From Botryllus schlosseri (Eukaryota): DNA of 64,000 bases. The notes under the pieces are model-generated. The model did no database searches and had not been told where the DNA came from. It saw only the letters and a list, made by a program, of their open reading frames with translations. The stretch is taken from the NCBI GenBank assembly GCA_051294905.1, contig CM119375.1, positions 26,660,001 through 26,724,000 of the forward strand, given 5' to 3'. Shown piece by piece: positions 40,456-52,300 of the stretch. Each line of letters starts with the position of its first letter. The stretch's first letter is position 1. The translations under genes and the position numbers were made by a program.

Positions 40456-41179
40456 ATGTCGAATTGCTTGGATCCGAACATGATAGATCTGATATCGTTG
40501 GAAATCGGCGGACGTGGCAATCCGTTGAGAATGCCTCAACCTTCAAACGGCCATGTCCCAGTCAATAAACACAACGTCGACCATTTCAATCGGCAGGATG
40601 TCGGATATCCCATGCAGCAATCACACCGCGGGATTGTTCCAGAATTGAGCCAGTATTCTGCTGATATTACCAGCCAGCCTATGAATGTAACATACTCCCA
40701 TTCCAACGCTATGAATGTCTCGACGCCTTTCACATCACCGCAAGTCAAGACTGAATTTACACAGTCTTATCAGTATCAAGGATATCCCATGGATTCGGCG
40801 CCTTCTTACTCAAACATGAATGTATTTCCAACTGACAGACCTAGCTATTCCCCCAACCAACAACTGACCCCAGAAATGCCGCAGCCTTCCCCTCAAATTC
40901 CTAATCGTTCCCCTCCTGGTTTTGATTTCGCAAAGTTCGCTATGATGCCTTCGAAAGCCATCGATAACATCTACGCGGACTTGTACCCGAGCTATAAACC
41001 CAGGCCCGCCCCGACCCCCGGCCGTAATTTCGTGATCCCCAGTCCTGTGGGGTACGGGAAGGGTCCGAATCAGTATAATTATCAAATGGAACAGTTTCAA
41101 GACCGCGAGAGACAAGACGGATATTACGAACGCAGGGAGCCAATGGCCTACCACGCTGGAATGCATATGCGCAATGGAG
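40456..41179 (+). CDS. RAR: Large P/S/Q-rich exon, probable RAR alternative A-region exon (isoform 2, first coding exon)
   Basis: Long GC-richer ORF (MSNCLDPNMIDLISLEIG...YHAGMHMRNG) with in-frame TAA at 40423 upstream. Sequence turns T-rich after GAG|gttctg at 41179/41180, a weak phase-1 donor that is in frame with 42814 and 61828. The 3' boundary is less certain. Confidence 0.7.
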
Positions 41180-41989
41180 GTTCTGTATTATTGCATCGGT
41201 TTTTCGAGCTCCACTCTTTCTTGCCTCACGTTGTGTACTGTAGCACTTAACTTGAGTCAAATACACTGATTCTTATGGAGGTTGAATAGTATATCTTAAG
41301 CGACTGGCAGACTTTAGATATACAATGTTATTTTCAATTCTCTACCAGTTACCGACGATTACCCGTGACAAGTATTCATTTAGATACTATTCATTTGTAT
41401 ACTGAAGTTATGTACCCCAAAGAATCTCGTCTTATGGAGATATATCACAGTGGTATAGGGGGTGCTGTTTTCGTTTGTCACCCTAAATAATTCCCAAAAA
41501 GGTGGTACACGAAATAGAGTCCAGTTCACCGAATTGAGGTGTTTGACTCGATTTCCCCGTTTGGAAGGGGTGTGACGTATTTTCCTCCCATGGATTCAGA
41601 GTGGGGTATGGATCTTCTTAGGGCGTGTCAGTATGTCTTCCATAGTCTGAGCTGTGCGTGCAATGTATTTAAGCCTAATCCTTACTGGAAGTTTCTAGAT
41701 GACTTCAGTGCAACTTAGGATCGCGTATCTTAGTATTCTTCGATAATTGATAAAATTGCTGTAAAGGAGAAATGATTACGAATCACTTTATTAAATTGCG
41801 ATTGTCTTTTCCGTTGAACGATAAAATAATGAAATTTAGGGTGACGCATATTATGTGGATTCACCACTAAATATATTAGCATACTTCGAGATTTAAGAGA
41901 TTTGGAAAGAACATTGTATATTTGTATATGATTTGTCGATTGCTGATATACAATGTTCTATACAATTCTCTACAAGTGGCTGACGAATT

Positions 41990-42488
41990 TAGGGCTGGGC
42001 AAAATCGAGTACCTCGGTGATTCGATTCTGAATCACGTAATTTGCTTCGAGTCGAGTAATCGAGTATCACTCATTATGACGTCATAACAAAATGTAATAT
42101 GTCGAAGTATGTACCGTTTATGCCACCACAAAGGATATAATGCCTGTTATCCATCTGATAAATGGTACTAAGGTATTTTTTCGACCATACCGAATTCATT
42201 CCTCTTGATGACAATGTTGTGGGATAATCATGGAGTTCGGAAATGTGCTACGTCCAGTAACCTTCGTAGATTTGTACTCTATGTTTCGTATGCTACGATA
42301 CCGCCAATCAAGGCTTCAACAGTGTAAATTAGTATTGAAACTATAATTCTCGTTGATGAATTGACTTTCAGTGGCGAGAAGCGTATAATTTCATTACTCG
42401 AAAAAATCGCTTTTTACTACTCGACTCGAATCATTAAAATTAATACTCGATTCAGATTCGAGTACTCGAATCATTTTGTCCAGCCCTG
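41990..42488. mobile_element. MITE with (T/C)AGGGCTGG termini, nested in a family C copy
   Basis: TAGGGCTGGGCAAAAT / ATTTTGTCCAGCCCTG (14/16), with subterminal CGAGTA/TACTCG motifs. It splits a family C consensus (...gctgacga | ...tgacgattacccctg). Confidence 0.7.
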
Positions 42489-42813
42489 CAGTGACGATTA
42501 CCCCTGACAAGTGTCAGCCGAACATATTCGGATTTATTTCTGTATAAATATATTATTAAATTGTATACTTGAAGATTCTCAGCGTGTAAAACACGGCGCT
42601 GGGATGTGTGCGCGGTCCCGCGGCGAGCCAAATTAGATTTCATCAAATTAAACGCGCAATTCCGTGACTCGCGCGCGACTAATCGAATGCCGCGATTGCT
42701 CAAAGCTTTCGTAACGAACACGGTCCGTGTTGGTGCGTCTTCTGCTGCGATTTGCGCCGAAATTAAGGGCACTCGACGTCATCCGCTAACCCCGTTTCGC
42801 TTGTGTTTTGTAG

Positions 42814-42930
42814 GCGAACATTCGCACCTTGCCAAGCAGAACGGGGACTCTAACAACAATAGAGTGATTCAGCAGGCCGGGATGGAACAAAACGTGAACG
42901 GACGGAGGAGCAGTAGCGAGAAATGTAGAG
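42814..42930 (+). CDS. RAR: 117-nt symmetric phase-1 exon, probable RAR A-region exon of isoform 2
   Basis: Branch point GCTAAC at 42785-42790, tract cccgtttcgcttgtgttttgtag|, donor GAG|gtaaga. Open in phase 1-1: (G)EHSHLAKQNGDSNNNRVIQQAGMEQNVNGRRSSSEKCR. Confidence 0.8.
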
Positions 42931-44160
42931 GTAAGAGATACGCGGTTTGCTTTGATAGAAAACGGGCGGACTCTCGCATCTCCTGGTGCGTGCCGGATTA
43001 AGAAATTAAGTTAGGAAAATGGGTGATTCATTGAGATTATGCTGCGTGGTATTGGCTTCGGTTTCCTACACCTTGGGTGCTTGTTGGGGCGGTGGTTTAC
43101 GGCGGATCGTGAAGCTTGGCGAAGTTTTAGTATGCTTGTGGAATGGGACTCCTTGTTGAAGCATGATCGATATTTTGTAGTCTAATGGCCGGGACACGGA
43201 TATTTCTTTCGAAGTGGGATATTGACTCGATATGATAGGCGAACCGAAAATAGTTATCGGCTTTATCGGAACCGGCTCAAAAATCCGAAATCGGTCGGGG
43301 TCTAATCTAATCCCAATCACAGAACCTATGCAAATTACTAGAATTTCAAAATGCTCAACTAGAACTACAACTACTCACTTTTGACGATGTGTAATTAGAA
43401 CTAGAACTGTTAACTTTTCAAAATGCGCCTCTACAACTAGAACTATATTCACTTCATTTTCAAAACCAGCAACTAGAACTGCTTGAAGAAAAACAGTCTA
43501 GCTAACAGTCACCTAATTAATTGATAGTTTGTACATGTGCGGTTGACGGCCGGAATTTTAGAAAAAAAAAACATCTCGCACGCACTTCAACTTGACGAGC
43601 GCACACGACATTGAGTCACACCTTAATCCCGATTTGACTCGGCCCGCTTCAGCCAAATCCCGTACGCTTAACGTCGGCAGTCGTTTCCTGTGTTCATGTG
43701 TCTGACGCTTGACACGAAGCTGCGGTGTCCTAACACCGCGCCAAGTCATAGGTTAACACCGTGCGGATTACAAAAAGGATTTCGATTACGTTTTTACAAC
43801 TGTGTTTTACCGCCTCGAGGATTTGTTGTGGTGATCGACACAGTTATTTTCGCTCGACTTGGCCGAAAAGGGTTTTCGGGAGACTGAACCCGTTAGAACT
43901 TGAAGCGGTTTTGATGAGAAAGCGGGGCGCTTCTACAATTTTACGTAGCGTGGTCTTCGCTACTAGTTTGTGATCAGTACTCTTGTCTGTTTCCAATCAT
44001 CTGTTGTTAGACTGCTCTTTTCCTTGCTTGTTTCAAAAGAGGATCTTTGAACCAGTAATAAAAACATTTGGCGCAATATTAGAATATAGGGTGCCCTTGT
44101 GATTATTCCTGTCGATTCGCTTTTCGTCATCTGGCTCGACATTCCAAATTCATGAGCTCA

Positions 44161-44339
44161 ATTGAATAATATCTTCATATTGAAATAACCCCGAATTCGT
44201 TCGGCTGACACGCGTCACAGGTGTAATCTTCGTCAACTTGCAGAAAATCGAAATGAACCGCATTATTGCTGACGGTGTCCTCTTGATGAGTGTCAGCCGA
44301 AAAGCTTCGCGAATAAATATGAATAGATATTATTCGAAT
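44161..44339. mobile_element. Minimal palindromic family C element
   Basis: attgaataatatcttcatatt...ttcggctgaca at the left, inverted tgtcagccgaa...gatattattcgaat at the right. Confidence 0.6.
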
Positions 44340-46270
44340 GCATTTCCAAGAGTGTCTTCAAATGACTGGAATTGGCCAGCATGAAAATTGATTCGTTTTA
44401 CCCACCATAGTTAAAAAGTCGTTCCGCTTTTCCGCATTAAATTAGAATTATAGCTACAGTTTTTTTCAAATTAGAGCAAAATTAGAATTGTAGCTACATA
44501 GTTTTTTTTTACAAATAAGATTAGAATTGAAATTATAGCTACAGAGGTTTTTCTAGATTAGAATTAGAATTACTGAATTTGCGAAAAGTTGGAAATTAAA
44601 TCAACCTCAGCTCGTGTCAAATCATAGTCGCTCTCATATGAATGAGAATGGCAAATGTTTGTACAGCAAACTACGCTCGTTTCGCAGTTCTGTAGCATTT
44701 CTGGAAATCCATAAATTAGATTGTAATTAAAATTAGAGCGATGAAACTTTTACCAAATGAATTAGAATTTGATTACCGGCATTTCGCTCTAATTAGTCTA
44801 ATTATACAGCTAAAATTGTGTAGTTTTCCAAGTCTGCAGACTGCAGTATACCGTGATGGTTCAGTGCCGTGTGCTACATCGCAGCCTTAGTCGTCCCCGA
44901 AATCAGAAGTCGCTATTCCATAAGACTCCGAGAATGAGTAATTCATAATGCCGCATTAGCGCGGGAGTGTCCTCTGCCAGTTTGGTTACACTCAAAACAG
45001 CTGACATCATCGGAATCCGCCGCGTTTCCGTCATAAGCCGTGTTTGACGTCTTGGCACTCTGTGAAAATTGTCCACAAACCTTGGAATGTTTTCCGCGTG
45101 ATTTTGAGCGGCCGTGTGTGAAAGCTTGACAGCGTGGTGTTTCGCGATCAGACTTTGACAAATAGATAATTCCACGTGCATTTCGTGCATTCAGTAATTC
45201 TAATCAAATTTGGAATGAAACTGCGTAGCTATAGTTCAAATTTTTTGAGGATTTTGAGTAGTTGTAGTTCTAGTTGCAGATTTTGAAAATTGAGTAGTCA
45301 ACTGCCGCTACAGCATACTCGGTATAGCGAGCAGACTTGGACTACTGTAAATTTTTCAGCTTTCCCAAATTAGATTATAATTATAGATTTATAGCTACAT
45401 ATTTTTCCAAATTGAACTATAATTAGACTTATAACTACGCATGATTTTCCAAATCAGATTAGAATTAGAATTAGAGATACACGTTTTCCCAAATTAGGTT
45501 AGTTTCAAGTTACTTAATTCATGAAAACTTAGACATCGAATCTATAGCTCAGCTCATATCAAACCAGAGATCCTTCTCATAAGCATAATTTTCCATGTCT
45601 GCGTACTGGGACTATTTCACGCGTTTCTCATCACGATTTCACACAAATGTGATGCAAACCTACCCAAAACTACGTTGTAGTTGTCAAAATCCAAATTCTA
45701 AACTGTTCTAGCTGAAGAGCGAGTTCTTTAAAACCATAACTACTTGAGTAAACTCTGACAACTACGGTTGTATGTCATCCGTTACCTGTAATCGTGTGAT
45801 TGTTGTGGATATTTGGTCGCCAATACGAGGTTATGTAGTACATTCTGCTCTCTATTCTACTTCTCTACTGTCTCATGACGACATTGTAGTTGAAGAAATT
45901 GTATCTGGCAAGATGGTCCCGCGTCTATTTCGTCTTATCAGCAATTCCGCACGCCGTCTTTTGGCGTCACGTTATCCTCGCTACTGTTTTGAAACCTATC
46001 CATCTGACGCGTCTGATTTGCGTGTACCGAAATTCTGGTAACGTTTTTCCGCAATGCGTAATGACGGATGAGGCCCGATTGGGCATTGAGCAATGAGCAT
46101 AGTAAACAGCTATAGAACTACTGCGTACCGGTGTTTGTGAGTGGTCGAATCGATCGTTTAACGCCGTTAGGTGGCGACGGTGGCTGGGATTGGCCGCTCG
46201 TTTGTGAATTCAAATTTGGAGATACGAGGATAGTAAGTAACCAAGTCGCAAGGTTCCGAGCCACACTTTT

Positions 46271-46590
46271 ATAGTTTTGACTCGAGTCAAGTCGAATTAT
46301 TTTCAATTCGCCATCGAGTCAAGTCCACGTCATAGTGTTGACTCTTCAGAGTCGAGGTGAAGTCACGTGAAACTGACTTACAAGTCTGCTTGGTGATATC
46401 GAATGCATCGCGTTCATAATATACGAATTTCCTTCGCGTTTATCAGTTTCTGGTAGCATTTTCAAGTACCAGTACTGATACACGAAACAGCAATAGTGTG
46501 GTACAAGTATAAGTCGAGTCATTTTCCGTAATTCAAGAAAAGGACTCGAGTCAAGTCGCCAAAAATCGCGATTCGGGTCGGACTTAAATT
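46271..46590. repeat. MITE-like element rich in GACTCGAGTCAAGTC motifs
   Basis: gactcgagtcaagtcg occurs at about 46279 and 46543, plus partial copies. Termini not resolved. Confidence 0.4.
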
Positions 46591-47869
46591 TGAAGGAACT
46601 AAGTTCAATTCATATCGAATCATAATAAGAATGACACGGGTCTGTACATCATGGTTGGTTCATTTTGTACTTTTCAATTCTCCTGCAGCGTTTAAGAAAA
46701 ATCAGGATTGGAAAGATTTCACAAGGTAAATTGGCATTAGATAGATACATATCTAGTTATATATAAAGATAATCTGGCATGACAGTATGGGCAATCGTCT
46801 GTAATTTGACTTGGATTGTCACGAAAACCTTGCATTTGGAATCTATGACCGCTCCTGCCGCTACGGCAGTACGAAAGGTTGAATTTCTTACGAAAATCCA
46901 GATGACATTTTGCCGATTTTTCCTGGATCCGTGACCTTTAAGTGGCTAACATGCATGCGTATTTTTAGCTAACGGCAATTTTGCTTGTTAGCAGCTGCTT
47001 GTCGAAAACCGCTGTCATGCAGCACTGCGTGCACACTGTTAGCTATCGAAACTGATTCTACGCAGGGCTTAGGAAAACTTTCCGCGATCGGCTATCTTAT
47101 CATAGATCATCGGGACTGCGCAACTTTAATGAGATTACTGCCCGAGATTGCTCAGATAATGGTATTACCTTACAACTTGAGTGAAGATGTTTTGCTTGTG
47201 CCGCCCCCGACCCCTTTGTCTTTGAGTGGGGCGATCCATCATCGGCGAGCGCCTTGTCAGATAGATTTTTTAAACCGTGGCCGTTCTACCGGAACGACTT
47301 GTCAGCAAAAATAGGATTAGTCGATTTACGGGGTGCATTAGGCGCCACTTTATCTCTCCTAGACCCTAATAAGGTGATACGGGATCTGAATTTAGCACGG
47401 GGGATTTCGAAAACAAGGTTCGGCTGCAGTAATGCGCCTTTACGCACCTGGCAATGCATTTTCCGACGGTGCTGGTACAAGCTCATGCCCGAATCTTGGG
47501 GTGCATTGTCAATATTGGCTTAGTATGTATAATTAGCGGCTGTTTTGCGCGGGTGCGGAGATTACGTGCTTTGCGCGGGTCATATTTGAACATCTGTACC
47601 GGTCGAAGCAATGTAACCTTCATGCAGGTGCATTTTTGCACGGTAAACTCCACAAAACGTCTTATTTAGGCATTGTCCGTGACTTGTTGTAAAAGATTTT
47701 TCAACTTTCGGGTGGCTTCGGAAGTACGGGTTCGACTCGCTCGATTCGTTGGCCATACCATGCTTCTGTCTTCGAAAGGAAGGCAGAATATCAAACATGC
47801 AACCCACATTAAACCGTGCATATATCATATACGCTACGTGACTATGACATTGAATAGTATATTTCTATT

Positions 47870-48031
47870 TGGGTGACCACTACCGACCATACGTTCTACT
47901 TTGGGAGGATTTGCCCGCCTTCTTAAATAAATCGAAAATGTCATCCCAGGGTCTTCAGTGAGTCCGATATTATAACCTTTGTGATTTGAAAAAGTGTCCA
48001 CTTTTCCGAAACTCAAAATATAGTAACTCTA
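47870..48031. mobile_element. Degenerate, shortened relative of the 15232-15558 MITE, again inside a family C end
   Basis: Right end tgtccacttttccgaaactcaaaatatagtaactcta aligns with the reverse complement of 15232-15270. Left end is tgggtgacc...accatacgtt. Confidence 0.5.
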
Positions 48032-49301
48032 GTCTAATTCATATTGAAATTAACCCGAATATATTCGGCAGACATTTGCCAGGGGTAATCCTCAACAATT
48101 AACAGAGAATTGAAGAAACATTGTGTATCATCATTCTATTCATTTCAATGTGATTGTATAATGTATTATTCAATGTTATGCTGATTTTCTGTATCTCTTC
48201 TCTTCAAATACCTGTATTGATACACGCGGTTAGGATGAAAAATATGTATCCCGCGTGGTCGTGCCGTATGTCAGGCAGTGACTGTCTAAAACCTGGTAAA
48301 GCATCGATATTGTTAGTTATAATTTTATAATCCGGCTGGTATCTGGGCAAGGCGCGATTATACCACTTTCACGCCCAAACCGCAACGTATTCCGGCATTG
48401 TGTCGTCACGCGAGTGCCGCATTGTTTGGTTCTCATTCCGAATCAACTTTGAGACAGTTCACCTGCAATTAAAAAGTTGAAATTATGAGCGATGATACAT
48501 TGTTTTACGCTTCCCGTGTCAAGTTACTTGGGTTCGCAGTGAGGACAAACGCAACCCTCGGGCGATTGCCACAAAACCTGCAGGAATCTGTAAGGTTAGC
48601 CCTGTGTGTGTGGAAAATCGCTAGCCTTTTCACCTTCATATAATAATATGCTCATTCACATTCCTAATAAAGGCGATATTGTGTCCCGGGAAAGTTCCGT
48701 ATAAGCGAATTCAATGCTATTGGGATGATGTTCATAATTCTATTTTTACAATTTTGCGATGTGTTTAATAACGTGTCAGTGCGGTCCTGTTGAACGTAGA
48801 TATTTAAATTCGTCAAACTGCGAATGGTTTGTCCCTCATCGATATCAGAGGCTTGTTATAAGCGTATGCAAATATCCGTTCTTGGAATATCACGCCATGC
48901 CCTTCCAGATGGCATCTGAGTTCTCGATTTCAACAATTTTGGTGGTATGGAATTTTCTTAACGTAGGAATTACTTCGTGGAATATGCGTAGCATGTCTTG
49001 TTCAATAGGAAAATCTTGTAATGTGCCAGAGCTGGTCGAAGTAGTTTTCGTCTTTACTCAAACCGAAGTAGAAGTAACTGCAAGACGTAATAATGTCAGC
49101 ATGTTATTCGCGTTTCATGCGACTCAAATTGGGCGTGAACAACTGAACAACATCAGTTGCAGCAAACGCGCCATATCGCGTAATAGTCCCGCGGCTAGAT
49201 CTTGCTTTGGAAACCGCAGTCCTGCTATGGCGCACCGAGCATAATCTCTCGTTTCTCTCTCGCCGTATATCTCTCGTTTCGGGATCATACAAAGGACACG
49301 G

Positions 49302-49318
49302 GGTTCACGTGAGGGTCA
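49302..49318 (+). promoter_or_regulatory. Perfect DR5 retinoic acid response element
   Basis: GGTTCA cgtga GGGTCA matches RGKTCA-N5-RGKTCA. It sits in CpG-rich sequence outside any repeat I could recognise, about 12 kb upstream of the proximal first exon. Confidence 0.7.
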
Positions 49319-52300
49319 CGCCGTCACGCTACGCCAAGCGCGATTGATGTCTGTTGTTTTGAGAGCGAGCTTGGATTTGTTTGACTTGGTCTTATCCAAA
49401 TACGCGTTTAATGATGTCCCAAACAGTGTGCAAACACGTAACGAGATAGCGACTGCCCGGCTCCGCTCAGCTGGTCATATATACATATGATATGCAGCGA
49501 ACCAACTGTGTAGCACTGCGCCAAGTTTTGACATCTAACTAATTAGGATCTTTTTGGACTTGAACCTTGCGTTTCAACAGAGGTTATTTAATCACGCATT
49601 TAGGGCTGTTCAAACTTCCTCGCTAGTTTTAACTGGTCCGTGTACGCAGCCCTTCGCAGACGCTGACAAGTACATAAATTCTGGGTAATTAGACTAATTA
49701 TAGCGAAATGCTGGTAGTCTGATTCGAGTCTAATATATAAGATGTTTATATGCTACCATAATTATGGATCTAATTCCTGATTTTCCTGAAAATTCTGCAG
49801 AAGTGTATAAATGCAAAACGAGCCAAGCTTGCCATATACAACCATTTGCCATTCTCGTGCGTATGAGCATCAACTCGTATTTGATATGAATTTCATTTAG
49901 TTTGTGTTGTGTTTCTTCCTAATCCTGAATTTCAGTCAATTTTGTGTTTTTGCGAGTTCTGCAAATCTATACTCTCCAACTCTGTTAAGTAAGTGTCTCT
50001 GTGTGAAAGTTTGGAATGTAAGTGATTAGGATCGCGTTGGACTTGTAGCGTGCGTTCCGACAAAGGTTGGTAAATCTAGCGTTTAGGGCTGTAGGCCTAC
50101 TGCTGATTTTTCATCCAAGGCAGTGCTTATCTCGTCCTAATCTTATGAGATGGCCGCTATTTCCAATTTTCCCAGCGACTCGAAAACAGTGACGTACCCA
50201 ATTGCTCGGTGATTGCTAATAGAAGATTATCACAAGTGTGTTGCATTGCGTTTAACGACTTTGTCGGATATTCGATCGTTATAATTATTGCGCGCATGAT
50301 ATGTCGCGCTGTACGTTGGAGGTTGGTAACGCCCCGAGCACTCGAGCGCCGTGCGAACGCTCTGGGAAGTTTTGCTTGTATCCTAGATACGAAATTGGTA
50401 ACATAGCAGCACTCCACCAGGCTTTCTGGAGTGCGAGGCAATTTTATTACAACTGCGTATCTTACGCCCATCACACTTTTAGTTTTAGGAATCTGTGTAC
50501 TTATTACAAAATCCATCGACTTTGCTAACCACATACAGTTCTGCAGTGCGTGGTGCAAAGATGCATTTGTAAACTCGTCCGCTAGACAGCAATTGCATAC
50601 TACTGCGCGAGACTTGACTTTTGGAATTCTGTTTCTCATTAACATCGTGTGAGTAAATCCTGGGCATGAGAAAATTGTAGACATAACATGGGATAGGCGA
50701 TGCATTTTATCAAAACGTCAACCACTGGCCCTTAGGTTGAGATGTAAACTTCTGCAAGTTTCGTTTCGCTTCCTGTCTAGTTCCAATTTAGCGCTGAACG
50801 CAGTTAAGTACTCACTCCAGTAATCCGATTCGGCAAATCATTTGTTGATCGTGGCAACGCGTATAACGGAAATTTTATTGCCCCGCAAATTATTTTAATT
50901 GTCGGCTGATGCATCGTTCTGCTACTGTTAAATGTTTATTTCCCCAATGGCCGATTAAATATCGCGCGCGGTAATCATGCCGATTGCGACATTACTGCAG
51001 CCAACGTTTGTTGTTGGTGGTACCGCGCTCGTTTCCGCGTAGCGCCAAACAATCACAGTTTCCCACAAACTTCAGTTGAAGTTACACGCCGCACAATTAT
51101 ACAATTTATGCGTGTTTATTTCGAGAGTGTACAGTCAGATAAGAACTTATGCGTAAGCTCTTTAAGGTAGTTCAGTTGTTGATGAGATCTTGTACGAGAT
51201 ATGTGACCTGGTCAACTAATTCCACATCGGATTATGAAAGCATGGTCACATGTTATATATGTATGAACCAAAAACCAATCATTTCTGACATGGACAACTA
51301 CATAATTTTAGTTGTCTAGAGCGAAATGCTGGTAATGTAGTTCAGTTGTAATCTAATTTGCGCTATGCTACCATGCTCCCATTTTAATTGTAATCGAATT
51401 TCTCGTTTTCCTGAAAACGCTACTGGAGGACTGTGCAGTGTTCATAAAGCTAATCTTGGTGTACAGACATTTGCCATTCCCATGCTTGCGAGAATGAACC
51501 GAACCGATATTTGATATGTTAAGAACTTGATTTTGTTGTTTTATCTTCCAAGTTTTTGCGTTCGGTAATTCTAATCGAATTTCGAAAACCGGAAAATATT
51601 TAGTCCAACTTCGATACTAAGATAGGAACCAATTCCCGTGCTCCCGCGCTAGTTCAGTTGTTGATATGATCTTGTATCAGATATGAGCACAGGAAAACTA
51701 ATCCGGTGACGAAATAGGAAAGAATTCTCACATGTTACATACATTACATGGACCATTCATTTCTTGAAAGTTTTACACTCCGTTGAACTTGACGCTAGGT
51801 GGCCTCAATGTGACAAGGTGCTTGTAACGCAATAAAGGTAGCGCTTTGATGAGGGCGAAAATAACGGTATCTAACCGGTGTTGGTACATGCCGTGTACCA
51901 CTGCGAATCGATGCTTCGGCAATGCTCATATGCCTTGTTTATCGCAGTCCAGATTTTTGTTTAAGATAAGATAACACCGATTCATCACATTCATGATGAT
52001 CGTGTATGTTCGGTATGCATCATACGCCGTTGAAGCCCGATGACATGCTGCACTGTGGCCTTAATCGGGCCCGTAAGTGTCAGTTTTTTTTCTAGAATGA
52101 TCGTGTAGCTTATGTCTTGTGTACAAAGTGCCAATCTTGTTAGATGACGGTCAAGTAACTGCTGTTGTTGGAGTCGTTCTAGTTCCAGTTCAAGCTGCGG
52201 ATGTCTACTATGCATTGCGCACCACTGCACGCGTATATCTAAGGGTATTGTCTCCAGTAGTTGAAATTAGACTGTCGTGAAGGTGTATGAAATCGATTTT

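Noticed and set aside
36587-46037. Other formally phase 1-1 open segments (36587-36649, 37803-37856, 45942-46037)
   Set aside because: Moderate splice sites only, and amino-acid composition unlike the other A-region exons; a few such segments are expected by chance in 50 kb.
50157-50705. 182-aa minus ORF and overlapping short ORFs
   Set aside because: No recognisable motifs or convincing splice sites; ORFs on both strands suggest neutral composition.
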